The notes under the pieces are model-generated. The model made no database searches. It was not told where the DNA came from and saw only the letters and a list, made by a program, of their open reading frames with translations. A stretch of DNA of 64,000 bases, taken from Basidiobolus meristosporus CBS 931.73 (taxonomy: Eukaryota > Fungi > Basidiobolomycota). Positions 21,917 through 34,020 of this stretch are shown piece by piece (the stretch's first letter is position 1; the number at the start of each line of letters is the position of its first letter). Both the position numbers and the translations under genes were made by a program. The DNA lies in the NCBI GenBank assembly GCA_002104905.1, contig MCFE01000191.1:1-64000 (forward strand). Direction: 5' to 3'.

Positions 21917-24900
21917 ATGAGTGAGACTTTGAAAGACGTGCCCGAGCTATTTGAGAACGAACTCAAAGAGTCGTTGAACGCCAGAACCGATGGGTTAGGT
22001 TGGTACTGCCCATAGACTGTGTATGTATATTCCTGTCTATCCAATATCCTAACCACCTCCAATCTAGCTTCTTACAAAGAGCTTGGTCCGCCAGATCTCT
22101 GCCATTTGACCAAATCTTCCGGGAAGCAGGGCGTCAAGGAGGTAAGCAATTTGTTTATGGTTGCATGCAACGCACTGCATTCTTGACGCGTTTCGGCTGT
22201 TCACGGATTATACTGACGTTTCGATGGTTGATGTATTTTTGCATTTGCAATGGTAGATTGGATCCTATCATCACATATTAGGAATAGATGCATCCTCTTC
22301 AGCCAGTCTCGCGGCCTACATCAATTCCTTAACATACTCCATGGTAGGTGACGACTGCATGCAGTATCCCCCAATTCCATCGGCACACTGAACAACTCTT
22401 CCTTAGGATGATCCCCACGGATGGTTCAGCAAGGGGGCAGCTTGGAAGATTAGTTCCGGAGTTTATTGGTAGGGAGAAATATTCATGACGTTGTAGTGCA
22501 GTTCGTATAACTCGTGTTTTCACCTACGGCAGTTGCTATAATGCATTTTCTCGAGTGGATGTACGCGTCGAGGTGAATATTCCTGGTGGGGTGTCTAGCT
22601 ACGTAGTAAACCACAAAGGAGAAAAGTAAGAACTCGTATGATACCGGATTTTCATAGCAAGTGACTGACATCGAGCATTGTTTGGAATTCTACAGAATAG
22701 AGGCAAGGCCAGAGATTTGGCATGAGACGCATATCTCGTCGATTCTTCGGTCATTCCTTTATTCAGATGACGAAAACTACCGACTCCTAGGATTGAGGAA
22801 GATCGACCCCGTCTCGAATCTCAACGCTGAGAAGCGGTTTCTGGAATCCGCCGAACAGGTGTTTTTCAAAGGTTTGCAAGACTACAGGGCCCTCAACTGT
22901 CGAGCCATCGCCAATTGATATTTGTATGCGGAATAGGATGGCAACTTGGAAGCGACCCCATAATCCAGGTGGCTACCAATATCCACAACCACCTTGTGGA
23001 TGGCCTGATGAAATATTTCAGCCAGAGCTCTCGCTTTGAAACCGCCGCCAATTTCTTTGAAAAACATATCCTTGCAGTTATTTTTTCACTTGGCTCTCTT
23101 ACACCCAATGCTATTTGCTGGTCCTTAACTCTTCACACTCTATACAAGAGACCCTGAAGTGACCGCCCTTCTAGCCCGCGCATACTTTGGAATGGGTAAA
23201 TGATTCGATTCGTGGAACGTATACCTCAACAACTTTGCTAAATGCGCCACCATTCTGCAGACGAGGAAATCAAAGGTGTAAAGGCTCTTCACCAAGCTCT
23301 GAAGAAGAACAGCATGAGCTACCCACTCCTGCACGTGCAGGCGGATTTCTTGCTGAAAAAGGTAAGACAAGGATGCCAGTCTTCCGAGTCATTCTCCTGC
23401 TAATATGCGGAATTCAGAAAAAAATGGAGACTGCCTTGCAGTTGGCGAAACAAGCGGTGAATAGCGCGCCCTCCGAATTCATCACCTGGGCCAAGTTAAC
23501 GGAGATTTATATCGATATGGACGACTTCAAATCAGTAATGACGGTTGTATCACCAGCTCCGATATCCCCGATCTAACCGACATCCTTCTAGGCTTTGTTA
23601 ACACTGAACTCGTGTCCGATGTTTACATACACTGATCGGGATTTCCCTCGTATGCCGCAGCCAATGAAAGTTCATCTGCCTGCTAGATTCGAAGGGAACT
23701 TTGGTCTTGGCCCAGAAGAGGATAGCGAGAAGGAATCAGAAGTAAGCGGTATCTGCATCTGTTGCTCACTTCGATGCACTAATTCATATGATAACTGCAG
23801 GTTCAGTCTGCCCTTGCTAGACTTCCCGCTCCTTCTTTGAGAGGCACCTTCGCCGTTGCGTACAACATCCTTACCCTTTTGGTCTCTAAAGTTGGTTGGG
23901 ATGAGCTTTTGAGATGCAGATCCAATGTATTCGTAATGGAAGAGGAATACCGTCTTCAAAAGGCCCAGGAAGAGCAGGTCCACGAACCTGAAGGTGAGGA
24001 CGAGAATGAAGATGACAATACGCCACTTGGTGTGATTCAAAAACAAAGCAGCAAGGAGGAAGAAGTTCCGGTCGAAAATGAGGAAGTAGAGGAGAAAGCC
24101 AATGTGCAGCCAACACCAGACAGCCAGTTGGAGAAACTCGATGAACAAGCGTTAGAAACTGTTCCTGAGGTGACCCCCACAAACATCACCCCGTCTGACT
24201 TAGTAACCGAAGAGGTTAGCACTCATAATGAAGAGTCAGAAGAAAAGGAGATCGACACCAAGGAAGATTCGGTTGCGGATCAAATGGAAAGCATTAGTCT
24301 CAACGATACGTTGACGGATGCGCTGCCTAATCAAAAGAAGGGCGATGAACCAGAAGTTAAGAAATCCCTCGAGACTACTTCTATTGAAAAGGAGAAGGCT
24401 GAAACTGATGGTACCACTGCCGAAGACATGGCGGTAGAGAAAAAATCAATTGAAAGCGCGACTACGCGTGTAGAGAATATCCCACCCTCGATGTCCGCTC
24501 GCAAAGACAGTAACCAATCTGAGAAGGTAGGTACGATCCATTCAATCCGGACTGAGCTGTATACTGACTCTTGCAAAAGACAGAGCAAGATAGAAGAGAA
24601 TTCATCACCAACTTTAGTAATAAGAGACTATGCGAAAGGTAATGTGGATACATATTGATCAACCCATCAGTAGTCACTAAACCCCGACTTGTGAAACGTC
24701 TAGATGGCTGGACAATCTATTTATGGTTTTGTACGAGGCAAGTGGTAATCTAATATGTAGTAGTGTGAATGCGTAACCCTAATACCTGAACAGGATTTGA
24801 GAGCGTATACGGCCTGGAGGGCAGAAGCGTCACATATCAAAGCTCAGCACTTGACCTATTCGAAGACTGGCGCTGAGTGGGAAACACTTGGTGATTTAGG

Positions 24901-25366
24901 CCTTAGACTTCATCACAAGGTATGTAGGAAAGTTGCACAGCCCGCCTCCTGCTCAGTCCACTAACTCACCTGTAGGAAGAGGCGAAAGAAGCATACCAGC
25001 GATGCTTACACAACAAGTTCTCCGCAAAGGCCTGGCTCAAACTGATGAAAATCTACGCTGATGAGGACAACCTTCAGCAAGCACTCACAGCCATAGTCCA
25101 GCTCTCCGTACACAATGACAGATGGTACAATGATGTCGTGGTAAGTTGATGCTTTATAAATCCGAGATGCCGGTTGATTCTAATCTGTATCGCTACAGTA
25201 CCCATCCCCAGTTGCAGACGTGTTGAACCACCTCATCAAGAATCATGGCCTATCGAAGGTCCAAAACGTTTTGATCTCCATGAATCTTCCTGCACCAGTC
25301 TACAAAATAGTAACCCGGTACTTTGCCCACGCTGAGCTGTTCAAAATAGACGGGTCCGAGTGGTAG
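21917..25366 (+). CDS. Exomer cargo-recognition subunit (ChAPs family; Bch1/Bud7/Chs6 like), many introns
   Basis: MSETLKDVPELFENELKESLNART; ELGPPDLC; WHETHISSILRS; LTLNSCPMFTY; WDELLRCRSNVFVMEEEY; C-terminus YFAHAELFKIDGSEW*. Confidence 0.88.
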
Positions 25367-25539
25367 GACGCAGATCACAACACTAGGCCCATCTTTAACT
25401 TAGGATAGCATGTTGAACTACGCCTGATTAAACCATCCAGTTACCAATTTTGAAAATTCCCTTGGTGAATATTTTATTTCGAGGAAACAATGTAACAAAC
25501 TATACAAACATACTACACGTCGGAGTAACCATTAAATAT

Positions 25540-25905
25540 TTAAACGTCCGGCTCGATGTTAGTGAGGTTCTCTTTGAAGTGCTTCAAATTCGCCTTGGTG
25601 AGCTTCTTCTTTCCGAACAAGAAATGGTTGTAGTTCGCCACGACGGAGCTTTTACGGATTCTGTAGGGCCCTGTCTTGAGGGCTTTTTTAATGGGGTCGG
25701 GGAGTTTGCTGTTGCTGCTCGACTCCGAACCTGTGGAGCTGAATTTGATCGTGGGTTTGGTCAGGAGCGTTTTACGGATGCGCGCAGGGCCACTCTTTAG
25801 ACCTTCTTCGATGTCAACCGGGACCGGTGGCTTTGTGCAATGCGAGAAATCGACCGATTTAGATGCGTCGTTAGCGTTGGTGGAGGGCTTTAGAGGAGAC
25901 TTCAT
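25540..25905 (-). CDS. Hypothetical small basic protein (121 aa) with a duplicated motif
   Basis: ATG-initiated ORF with LKSGPARIRK and LKTGPYRIRK; no family recognised. Confidence 0.45.
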   Translation of the reverse strand: MKSPLKPSTNANDASKSVDFSHCTKPPVPVDIEEGLKSGPARIRKTLLTKPTIKFSSTGSESSSNSKLPDPIKKALKTGPYRIRKSSVVANYNHFLFGKKKLTKANLKHFKENLTNIEPDV

Positions 25906-26481
25906 GGAAACGCACGTATGACAACGTCTTCTAGATGGGACGGCTCTGAAGAGATATTAGGAGAAAGGGTTACACCTCACGGCGAAAGTAACCAATTTAA
26001 ATACCCTTCGGGTTGTTTACTTTTTAGGAATCCAGACTGAATGCTAGCGATTGCTGAACCGAACAAGATTGGTAGAATTGGTTATTAAATTTACGATCCA
26101 TGGTACGTCACCTGGGATGATTTTAGACCTTTGAGCCTTCATATTCTATTGTTCTAGAATCCGAAATGTCGCACGTGGTCAAGGGTTGGAAATAGGTAAA
26201 AAATACCAGATAGAAGGCGATCTAGTGGGTTCCTTTTTCGAGTTGTAAGAGTCTGGTATATGCTGGAATAGGCCGCTCAGTCCGTAGAAACCGTCTTTTT
26301 TTGCATGCCAAATTGTGGACACTTCGATTTGGGTTGATTTTTTGTGCGCTGAGATGTGGGTGGTTCGCGATGCGAAGCTACATTTATTAATGATAAACGA
26401 ATGGGTGTAGTGGTATAGCCAAGGTGAATGTTCACAAAAAAGTGCTCGACAAAGTGTATGATACAAATACAGCATGGATTC

Positions 26482-27240
26482 CTACAGAGAGGGGGCGTCA
26501 TTGTGAACAAGGATGTGGTAACTCTCCGTCGTTTTCTCTTTTCCGTCGTATGTGAAGCACATCCCCTTGCCCAAGTGATACCCGACTTTTCCGATATGCT
26601 CGCCAGAACCGAATTCGGTTTTCGCAATAAAAAGCTACACGTCAAGTCAGGGGGACCATTTGATAAACTGAATCATGCTCGTTAACTAGGTGGCTTACCT
26701 CTTTCCCGTCTGCTTCACTACCTCCCTCCAATATCAACCACCCTTGAGGTATCCGTCCCCCCTCGCCTTTCAACCAGCGGACTTTCATTGCATCCCCGCA
26801 GAGAACCTCATATGTCGGCATGGTTATCTCCTTCCCTTCGTTAGGTGAATTTATCAAAACGCTGCAACACCGTTTTCCAAAAGCTAGGTGGCTTACCATC
26901 GTAGCCTATTGCAATGCCTTTGAGGTGTGGCGCTGCTTTACCCAGATGTATTCCACCACGATATTCCGCTCTGCAGGAACAGAAAGTTAAGTTTTCGGCA
27001 CTAATACGTATATATATATATATATATATATATGCACGGGGGCTATTACCTCGCTATGTACTGTGGTTTTCCGTCTTTCTCACGACCTCCTTGAACCGCT
27101 CCTTCTGGAATTAATCTGGGTTGATTAAGTTGGGTGAATGTTATACCAGGCGAAAGTAGGCGAGTGTCCAATTACCCCCCGGCAGCAGGTACCCACTTTA
27201 GGTCTGGGTGAGGCACACTGATACGTTTGGTCGCGTCCAT
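26482..27240 (-). CDS. DM9-repeat (DUF3421) protein 1, 4 introns
   Basis: Spliced MDATKRISVPHPDLKWVPAAGG / LIPEGAVQGGREKDGKPQYIAR / AEYRGGIHLGKAAPHLKGIAIGYDG / KEITMPTYEVLCGD...DGKE / LFIAKTEFGSGEHIGKVG...NDAPSL*. Confidence 0.85.
27009..27032. repeat. (TA)12 microsatellite in intron 2 of DM9 gene 1
   Basis: Direct reading. Confidence 0.9.
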
Positions 27241-27568
27241 TCTCTGTCGAAAACTGATTCGTGAGACACTTTCAAACAACACTTATGGAAACACTGGGTG
27301 TGTCACGTGATCAAACATAGAAATCACAAAATTTCCACCAGAGACACAAATAAAATAAGCAGTCAACTAACAAATGGCATTACGTAGCAAGCATGAGTCT
27401 GGGTGATGTCATTCATGGACCAATCTGACTCAGCCCAATGCATGTTGAGAGTGACGAAGGGCCTACCAAAAAGATGACGTTCGTGAGTGAAGCTATTTAT
27501 ATATGTAAGTAAAGGAAATCATAGAGTTTCCCACTTCACATCCATTTGTCAATTCTATTTTGTTCGTC

Positions 27569-28345
27569 ATGTCTGGTTACCCTCAGAATCCACCACCACC
27601 CGGAGGCTTTTACCCTCCCGGTCCTGGTGGCCAATTCATGCAACCTGCACCGCCCCAGCAACAGCAACAGCAACAGCAACAACAACAACAACAGCCCAAA
27701 TTCGAGTGGATTTACGCCACTGATGGGTAAACGCCGTTTTTCTCTTTGTTGGATATACAGTACGCTAAAGTCTTCTTTCCGTGAAAAGTTCGGTTCCTCC
27801 GAATGCCGTTCAAGGTGGCATAGAGGCGGACGGAAAGCCGTTGTATATAGCTAGGTAACCTACGCGAAGACATATACTTGTGGAGGTGGATATTGAAGTT
27901 TGAGCTTTCTATCTACTTTAGACAATATTATCAAGGTGGGCTCCACCCCGGCAAAGCTGCGCCTCATCTTAAAGGTCTTGCCATCGGTTATGGAGGTAGA
28001 TGGAGCTTCAAACAGCGAACACCTTCGACTCGACTTACTGACTCGGGATTTTTTTCTTGCGAAATAGGCAAAGAGATCACTTTGAAGGAATACTACGTGC
28101 TATGTGGGGATGCCAGACAGCTTCGTTGGATAGAATGCAAAGGTCCAGTAAACCCCGAGTCCTGGAAACCGGTCGAGGGAGGTGAAGAAAAAGATGGTAA
28201 ACAGCTGTACGTAGCCAAAGTACGAACCTCCGGAGGTGAACATCTGGGTAAGGTCGGTCCTCACTTCAAAGGTGGAATGACGTACAGCTATGGTGGAAAA
28301 GAAAAAGTCTACAACGATACATTCTATGTATTAGCATACGTTTAA
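27569..28345 (+). CDS. DM9-repeat protein 2 with Pro/Gly-rich and Q13 N-terminal extension, 3 introns
   Basis: MSGYPQNPPPPGGFYPPGPGGQFMQPAPP-Q13-PKFEWIYATDG / SVPPNAVQGGIEADGKPLYIAR / QYYQGGLHPGKAAPHLKGLAIGYGG / KEITLKEYYVLCGD...FYVLAYV*. Confidence 0.85.
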
Positions 28346-28511
28346 TTCTTGAACATGTTCCTCATTCCGCGTTTGTAGCAATAAATACGGGCTGTATATG
28401 TAGCAGCCCGATGATCGAATCCATAAACGTAGCGATCCATGTTGGTGGGAAAAGGTTTATTGGAAAGAGTTGCCTGAGGGGGGGGGGCATGACTTTTGGA
28501 AATCGAGAATA

Positions 28512-28982
28512 TTAAACAAGTGAGAGTACGTAGTAAGAATCGGCTTGCTTCTCCTTGCCACCGTAGCCGAAGTTGATTCCTTGCTTGAAGTGGGTGCCTA
28601 CTTTACCAATGTGCTCACCGCCTTCGTAACGAGTTTTTCCAATGAATAGCTCTTTGCCGTCTTGCTCATGACCACCTTCAAGGGGGATCCAGTTTTGTGG
28701 CTGCACAGGTCCCTTCGCCTCGACCCACTTCAGGCAACGGGCATCCCCGACCAACACGTAGTAATCATCGAAGTGAACTTCCTTGCCGCCGTAGCCGATG
28801 TTTAAGCCACCCAGATGGGGAGCAGCTTTTCCGACATGAAGGCCACCGTCGTGGAATTGACGAGCAACGAACAGGGGCTTACCATCAGGCTCGACACCAC
28901 CTTGGACTGCGTTAGGTGGGATCTGGCCTTTCGAGGCGAAGACCCATTCAAGTTGAGGTGAAGATCTAGCAATTTTCGACAT
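28512..28982 (-). CDS. DM9-repeat protein 3, intronless (156 aa)
   Basis: IPPNAVQGGVEPDGKPLFVARQFHDGGLHVGKAAPH and EGGHEQDGKELFIGKTRYEGGEHIGKVG in one continuous ORF. Confidence 0.92.
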   Translation of the reverse strand: MSKIARSSPQLEWVFASKGQIPPNAVQGGVEPDGKPLFVARQFHDGGLHVGKAAPHLGGLNIGYGGKEVHFDDYYVLVGDARCLKWVEAKGPVQPQNWIPLEGGHEQDGKELFIGKTRYEGGEHIGKVGTHFKQGINFGYGGKEKQADSYYVLSLV

Positions 28983-29763
28983 GGTTCAGGAGATGGAAAA
29001 TGGGGGAAGTTTAATGCTGCATGTAGTTCATTTGTTATTTATACCAGTCCCGCCCACACCAATACCTGGTAATACGTAAGTGGATGTCATGTGTGTTCGT
29101 CAGCAAACTCAGTTTGAGAGATACGAGACGAGATTCACCGAATTAATCGGAATCACCGATACTTTCATTTCCCTGCTTCAGCCGCACTTCGCAAACAAAC
29201 ATACTCTAGCTTGGTGCCACCACGGAGCCAAACCGACGGTGGTATTGGTCGACAGATAGTTGCGATAAATTCAACAATCCTACGGAATTAATTTCGTGTC
29301 ACCCTGTGATGATTCCCGCGATCATAGAACAGTGCATAATGGGATAACCTGGCCATGGGATTCCGGAACCGGTGGTACCGGAATGACCATGGTGGAACGA
29401 GGGTTGTTATGATTGAGCCACCAACCGTATTGACGTGGGAATGGATATATCAGGGAATTTCCTGATCGAGTGAATTGCGGAAAACCAGATTCTCGAAGTT
29501 TCTGGTAGCTCACAAATGCGGCCCATTTCCAGCCGGATGTTGGCATCATATCCGATTCATATGACCAATTTTGTGCTGGACACATCGAGTGTTTTGTTGA
29601 AAAAAATCCGATGCTCATGGTAATGCGCATGAATTTTAATATCGTTGGAATTGACTGTGGTCAAGGCGCCAGGATGCTTTCATCACAGTGCGAACTCCGA
29701 ATGCTATTTTCTTATGTACAGGGGGAGGTAGAGGTGGGGTCAGCAAGTTGGTTTTGGTGGGAA

Positions 29764-29802
29764 GGGAGTGGGGGTAGGAGTGGGAGTGGGAGTGGGAGTG
29801 GG
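29764..29802 (+). repeat. (GGGAGT)n G-rich tract, G-quadruplex-capable
   Basis: gggagtgggggtaggagtgggagtgggagtgggagtggg. Confidence 0.6.
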
Positions 29803-29930
29803 TTGCCATTCAAGACGCTCGCCGGGGGGTGGCAATAGAAATAAATAGGTTTTGTAGGAAATGTAGTAACTATACAATTAATGCGAGTACGCCACGTTCA
29901 TGTACATGGCTTACTCCAAGAAAAGCATCG

Positions 29931-30954
29931 TTAGTGAACGATAACTCTGCTATCTTGCCAACGTGGGGAGGCAGTAGCATTGGACGCACTGTTAGGCACA
30001 TCCTTGTTGAACGGCTCTCCATTGGACAAAGGGGCAACTCCTGACTTAACCTTGAATGTAGGCTTGAATGGGGAATCCGATCGTCGGATTGGGCTATTTT
30101 CGGTTGCCATGGGTTCTACACTGTTCTCAGTGGAAGGTTGGGTGTCACTTTCTGGTGGGGAGGCGGGTACATGGGCATCATATTTGTTGCGCATTTGCTC
30201 CAGCTCGGTGCGTAGCTTGGTGTTTTCATCCTCCACCTGGTTAAATGACTCGCGCAGGCTTTTCACCTCCGATTGATATTGCTGGACCTGTGCCTCGAGG
30301 GTGGCAATGTATTCTAAACACATCGTATTTAGTGATTTGGAAGATAATGATGTGGTCAACAACGGTTCAATTACCTTTTCTTCTGACACGGAAGTTTCTG
30401 GCCGATATTTTGTTGCGCAGCTGCCGTCTTTCTTTGGAGCTTAGTTTTTGGATATCTGGGTCATTGGGATCCAACTCCACCTCAATGGAGCTACCTCGAG
30501 TTGTTCGTGGGGTGTTCTTTGGCGAGCTCTTCTTGGTAGTGCTCTGGGGGTCAATAGCAGGAACAATAGCTTGCTTGGAAGTGAGCCTTGAAGGCTGAAC
30601 AACCTCCATAGGAGAGGTGGTGTTGCTATCATATAGCAGGCTTGGCTCAGTAGTGGCTGCCACCTGAGTGTCAACGCTATTGAGGAGAGTCTGGAGTACA
30701 AGCTCCAGGTCATTCTCCTCCATCTTGACACTGGTAAGTGGCAAATCGGCCGACGCAACTGGGGAACCAGCGCTTGCTGGCGAGGAGGGGGTTTTCTCTG
30801 AGCTCTGGTCAGCCATATCGTTTTCAAAGTAGTAGCGGAACAACTCGGAGTTGTTCAAACCATCAGGCTCCTCTACATACTTTGGATCAATAAAGGCATC
30901 AAAGGCGTCACAAACCTCGCCTTCAACAAATGTTTGTTCCATAGCACTAGACAT
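29931..30954 (-). CDS. bZIP transcription factor, one intron (30314-30374)
   Basis: KLSSKERRQLRNKISARNFRVRRK / EYIATLEAQV leucine zipper; C-terminus KDVPN...WQDSRVIVH*. Confidence 0.88.
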
Positions 30955-31663
30955 GACAGTCGGGAAAGTCAGCAATAGTAAATCAAGGGTAGGCACAGAG
31001 AATATTGAGTTGTGGGTTGTTGGCAGCTAACGATTGAATAAGGGTCAAGCAGAATGTAGAACACAAGCACAGTCTAAGTGGGTAGCAATGGCGTATAAAC
31101 AATAGAAGGTCAGACAGCAACCAGGTAACAACAAAGGTGTAGAATTAAGGGAATGCCAAGGGTAGGCTCGAGAATTTATACTGAAGATTGACCAGAATAT
31201 TCCTACCGCTAAGGACCAATCTGATTAGCCAAGTGTCAAATTGGAAACCGAGCCATAAAAACAGATAAGTAGGTGATAAGCAAGCTGCGATCTCTGTGGG
31301 CCATTTTTGAAGGTCAGATCTTTCCCATTGCTCAGGTTGAGGCCCGCTTGACGAGTTCCATTGAGACAGCGATGTCTGGAGCTTCTCTTAGCATCAACCA
31401 TGGCCTCTCTTCTCTTGACTCAACCCAACGCCCCTTTTCATTTCATTGTGGCACAACTGTGGTGAATGTCTAAAATAGCTGCCTGAATGAGTTTATTTCT
31501 GCGTCATGACCAAATTTGTTTCGCAGCCCTGTATTTGTTTCCCCCCTTCCCCTAACCCTAGCCCAGCTCCCCCATACACCAGCATTCTCACCAAATGCCA
31601 TGATAATCTTATGCCTATCACATCACTTCTGATGGGTCAATTCTATTCGATGAATCTAGATTT

Positions 31664-31792
31664 GGACGATAAATGGACGATAAATGGACGGCCGCCCCTA
31701 TTCCACACCCATCATCATACCGGTCTACATACCCTATTCCGCACCCTATTCCGCACCCTATTCCGCACCCATCACCATGTCCTATTCCACAC
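31664..31792 (+). repeat. Short tandem repeats: 11-bp GGACGATAAAT x2.5 and 12-bp CCCTATTCCGCA x3 plus degenerate copies
   Basis: 31664-31690; 31732-31767; imperfect copies at about 31696 and 31780. Confidence 0.8.
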
Positions 31793-32236
31793 GATCCCCA
31801 TTTCCCACTAATGCTCATAAGCCACCCTGCCATCCTAAATAATCATGGTTTCGAAATTGATGATGGTGTTCTGTGCGACGAGGGTGATTGTTTGAGTTCC
31901 GAACAATGAAAGGAAGGTGAAGCGTGTGGGAACTGGGATTGGTATCTCTTAAAATATGCATCAGTCATTCGATCAAGTGATACTTAATGGTCCCCTATCT
32001 AGCGTAGCACCAACCCGTCCGGCTAGGAGCTCGAACGATGGCATTTCACTCTTCGGCCCCAGAAAAGGAGGGTGGCATTTATTGAACATGCGCTGGCATG
32101 GTTATTGTACATGATACACGAGGGGATTGGAGTGTGCATTGGAGAAGCTGAACAACGAAGGGAAGGGGCTCTGGCCGTTCGAAACAAAATCCGAGCCCAT
32201 ACATTCATCGAGCTGGCGTGGACGTCCGGAAGCGAT

Positions 32237-33778
32237 CTATGGCATATCGGTAAGGATGGTGGACAGCATTTCTGAATCCATGGGGATGTAGAGGATCTCC
32301 GTTCCTTCTGAAGACCGTTTGGAGTGGATGATTTTGTGGTCGCGGAACTCGGTGAGCTGGGCGCGGAAGGCAAGGTCGCTGCTCACCAAGAACTTCTCAC
32401 GACACCTACTGTAGTATGAGGTGTACGGGAGACCCAGCTCGTGGCGATTCCCGGATGCTCCATCAGACTCCATGGATATCTGGTATTCTGCAAGCACTCG
32501 GAAGATGCCCTTGGCATTGGAGGTTAAACTGGCCAACACATAGTGGACTCCTCGCACGCTCATGTCCTTCTGTCTGACCATGAGGGAGTTTTCAAAGCTG
32601 GTCTCCACCATGTAGGACTCGTATGTGGTGACGTCGTGCCACACCCAGTTGAATCTTGCGGTCTTGACCGTGTCCCAGAGCATAGCGGCATTGATGTGAT
32701 CGACGGAGGCTATAAGATGAACGTTGGGAACGGCGGCAAGGACACTCAGAAGTGTCTGGACCCGCTCTGTGCGAAGTGAGCCGCCATCGATATTATGAAT
32801 CAATAGATACAGCCGCTCTATGGGTCTATTATCGTTGGTGAAATACTCGTAAATTGATGAGATCTGTTCTTCTGGGGATCCAAGCGATCCATTCTTCTGT
32901 ACTACGTCTTCGATGATTTTCCCTAGGATCTCTTTAATGGAGATGGTTGGGAAGTAGCCATTGACAACCAAAAGCGAGCCATCGGTGAGATAGGATTGCG
33001 CGAACTTGTTCAGCAGCTTTCTTTTTGAGCCGAAGCCGTAAAACAGGATGTTGAAGCCGGATTTCAACTCGAAGTACCACTGGAAAAACTGTTGCTCGTG
33101 AAGGCTCTGCAGCAGCTCGGCCTCCTGGACATGCTTAACTGGGACCGAGCGCAAGGCAGTTATAAAGTCCTTGTGTTCCAGCGTGGGAAGCTTTGATAAA
33201 GTGTTGTTTGATGTTTGCGAACCGCCCTTTCCATGCAAGTCTGAGAAGTAGCGCTCATACCCTTCCTGGTTGTCCATAGGGGTGGCCTCTTCCCCATCAT
33301 CACTAAGCTCAGGCTCACTATTTGACTCCGGATCGACCTCGATTGGTACGGCCGGTTTGGCTTTTCGTCCACGGGTGGTTTTTTGCTCGGGCTCTGGTTC
33401 GACGCTCGCTCTTTCCTTCCCCAAAACCCTACCCTTTTGTGTGTTGCTGAATTGAAACAGGTTCTTGCCGCTGGTCTTGCTCTCAGTAGACTCGGCCTCT
33501 TTGGAGGTGGTCAAGGGCATGTAAATCTCATCATCGTCTTCGATGGTGTGGATTTCCGATTCGGAGGGTTTCTTCTTCGGATCCACGGTCAAACTGGCAA
33601 GAAGCCCGCTTTTTGGACCCTTCAGCACCTCTTTTTCCTGAATGGAGCGACGTGACTTGGGTACTTTCGAGGCATCTTTCTTGTCGACGATATTTATGAT
33701 GTGGTTGGGGATTTCATCGTTGGTTTGGTAGAGTATCGGGAGGATACGCCCTTCCTCAAGGTCCATAGGTTCTGACAT
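32237..33778 (-). CDS. ORC2: Origin recognition complex subunit 2, intronless
   Basis: WYFELKSGFNILFYGFGSKRKLL; YLLIHNIDG; IASVDHINAAMLWD; WHDVTTYESY; QLTEFRDHKII. Confidence 0.95.
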   Translation of the reverse strand: MSEPMDLEEGRILPILYQTNDEIPNHIINIVDKKDASKVPKSRRSIQEKEVLKGPKSGLLASLTVDPKKKPSESEIHTIEDDDEIYMPLTTSKEAESTESKTSGKNLFQFSNTQKGRVLGKERASVEPEPEQKTTRGRKAKPAVPIEVDPESNSEPELSDDGEEATPMDNQEGYERYFSDLHGKGGSQTSNNTLSKLPTLEHKDFITALRSVPVKHVQEAELLQSLHEQQFFQWYFELKSGFNILFYGFGSKRKLLNKFAQSYLTDGSLLVVNGYFPTISIKEILGKIIEDVVQKNGSLGSPEEQISSIYEYFTNDNRPIERLYLLIHNIDGGSLRTERVQTLLSVLAAVPNVHLIASVDHINAAMLWDTVKTARFNWVWHDVTTYESYMVETSFENSLMVRQKDMSVRGVHYVLASLTSNAKGIFRVLAEYQISMESDGASGNRHELGLPYTSYYSRCREKFLVSSDLAFRAQLTEFRDHKIIHSKRSSEGTEILYIPMDSEMLSTILTDMP

Positions 33779-34020
33779 GCCAACTGCGAACGAAGGTGCA
33801 GGGAAACCGCTATCGAGTCTGAGAAATTTGGGAGGGATTTTTGTTTTGATTAGCGATAGATATTGATGGACAAGACAACGACAACAATCATTTGGATCGT
33901 TTGAAAAACATTGATGGGTGGGCTGATGGAGGCCTAAATAAAAAGAAACCCAAGTAAATTAATTGGCGTAAATAAAAAAATTCCCTGGCATACGTGCTTT
34001 CGGCCGGTACCTAGTGATAC

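Noticed and set aside
29322-29630. 102-aa minus-strand ORF
   Set aside because: Alternative start codon and no motifs; probably intergenic or UTR.
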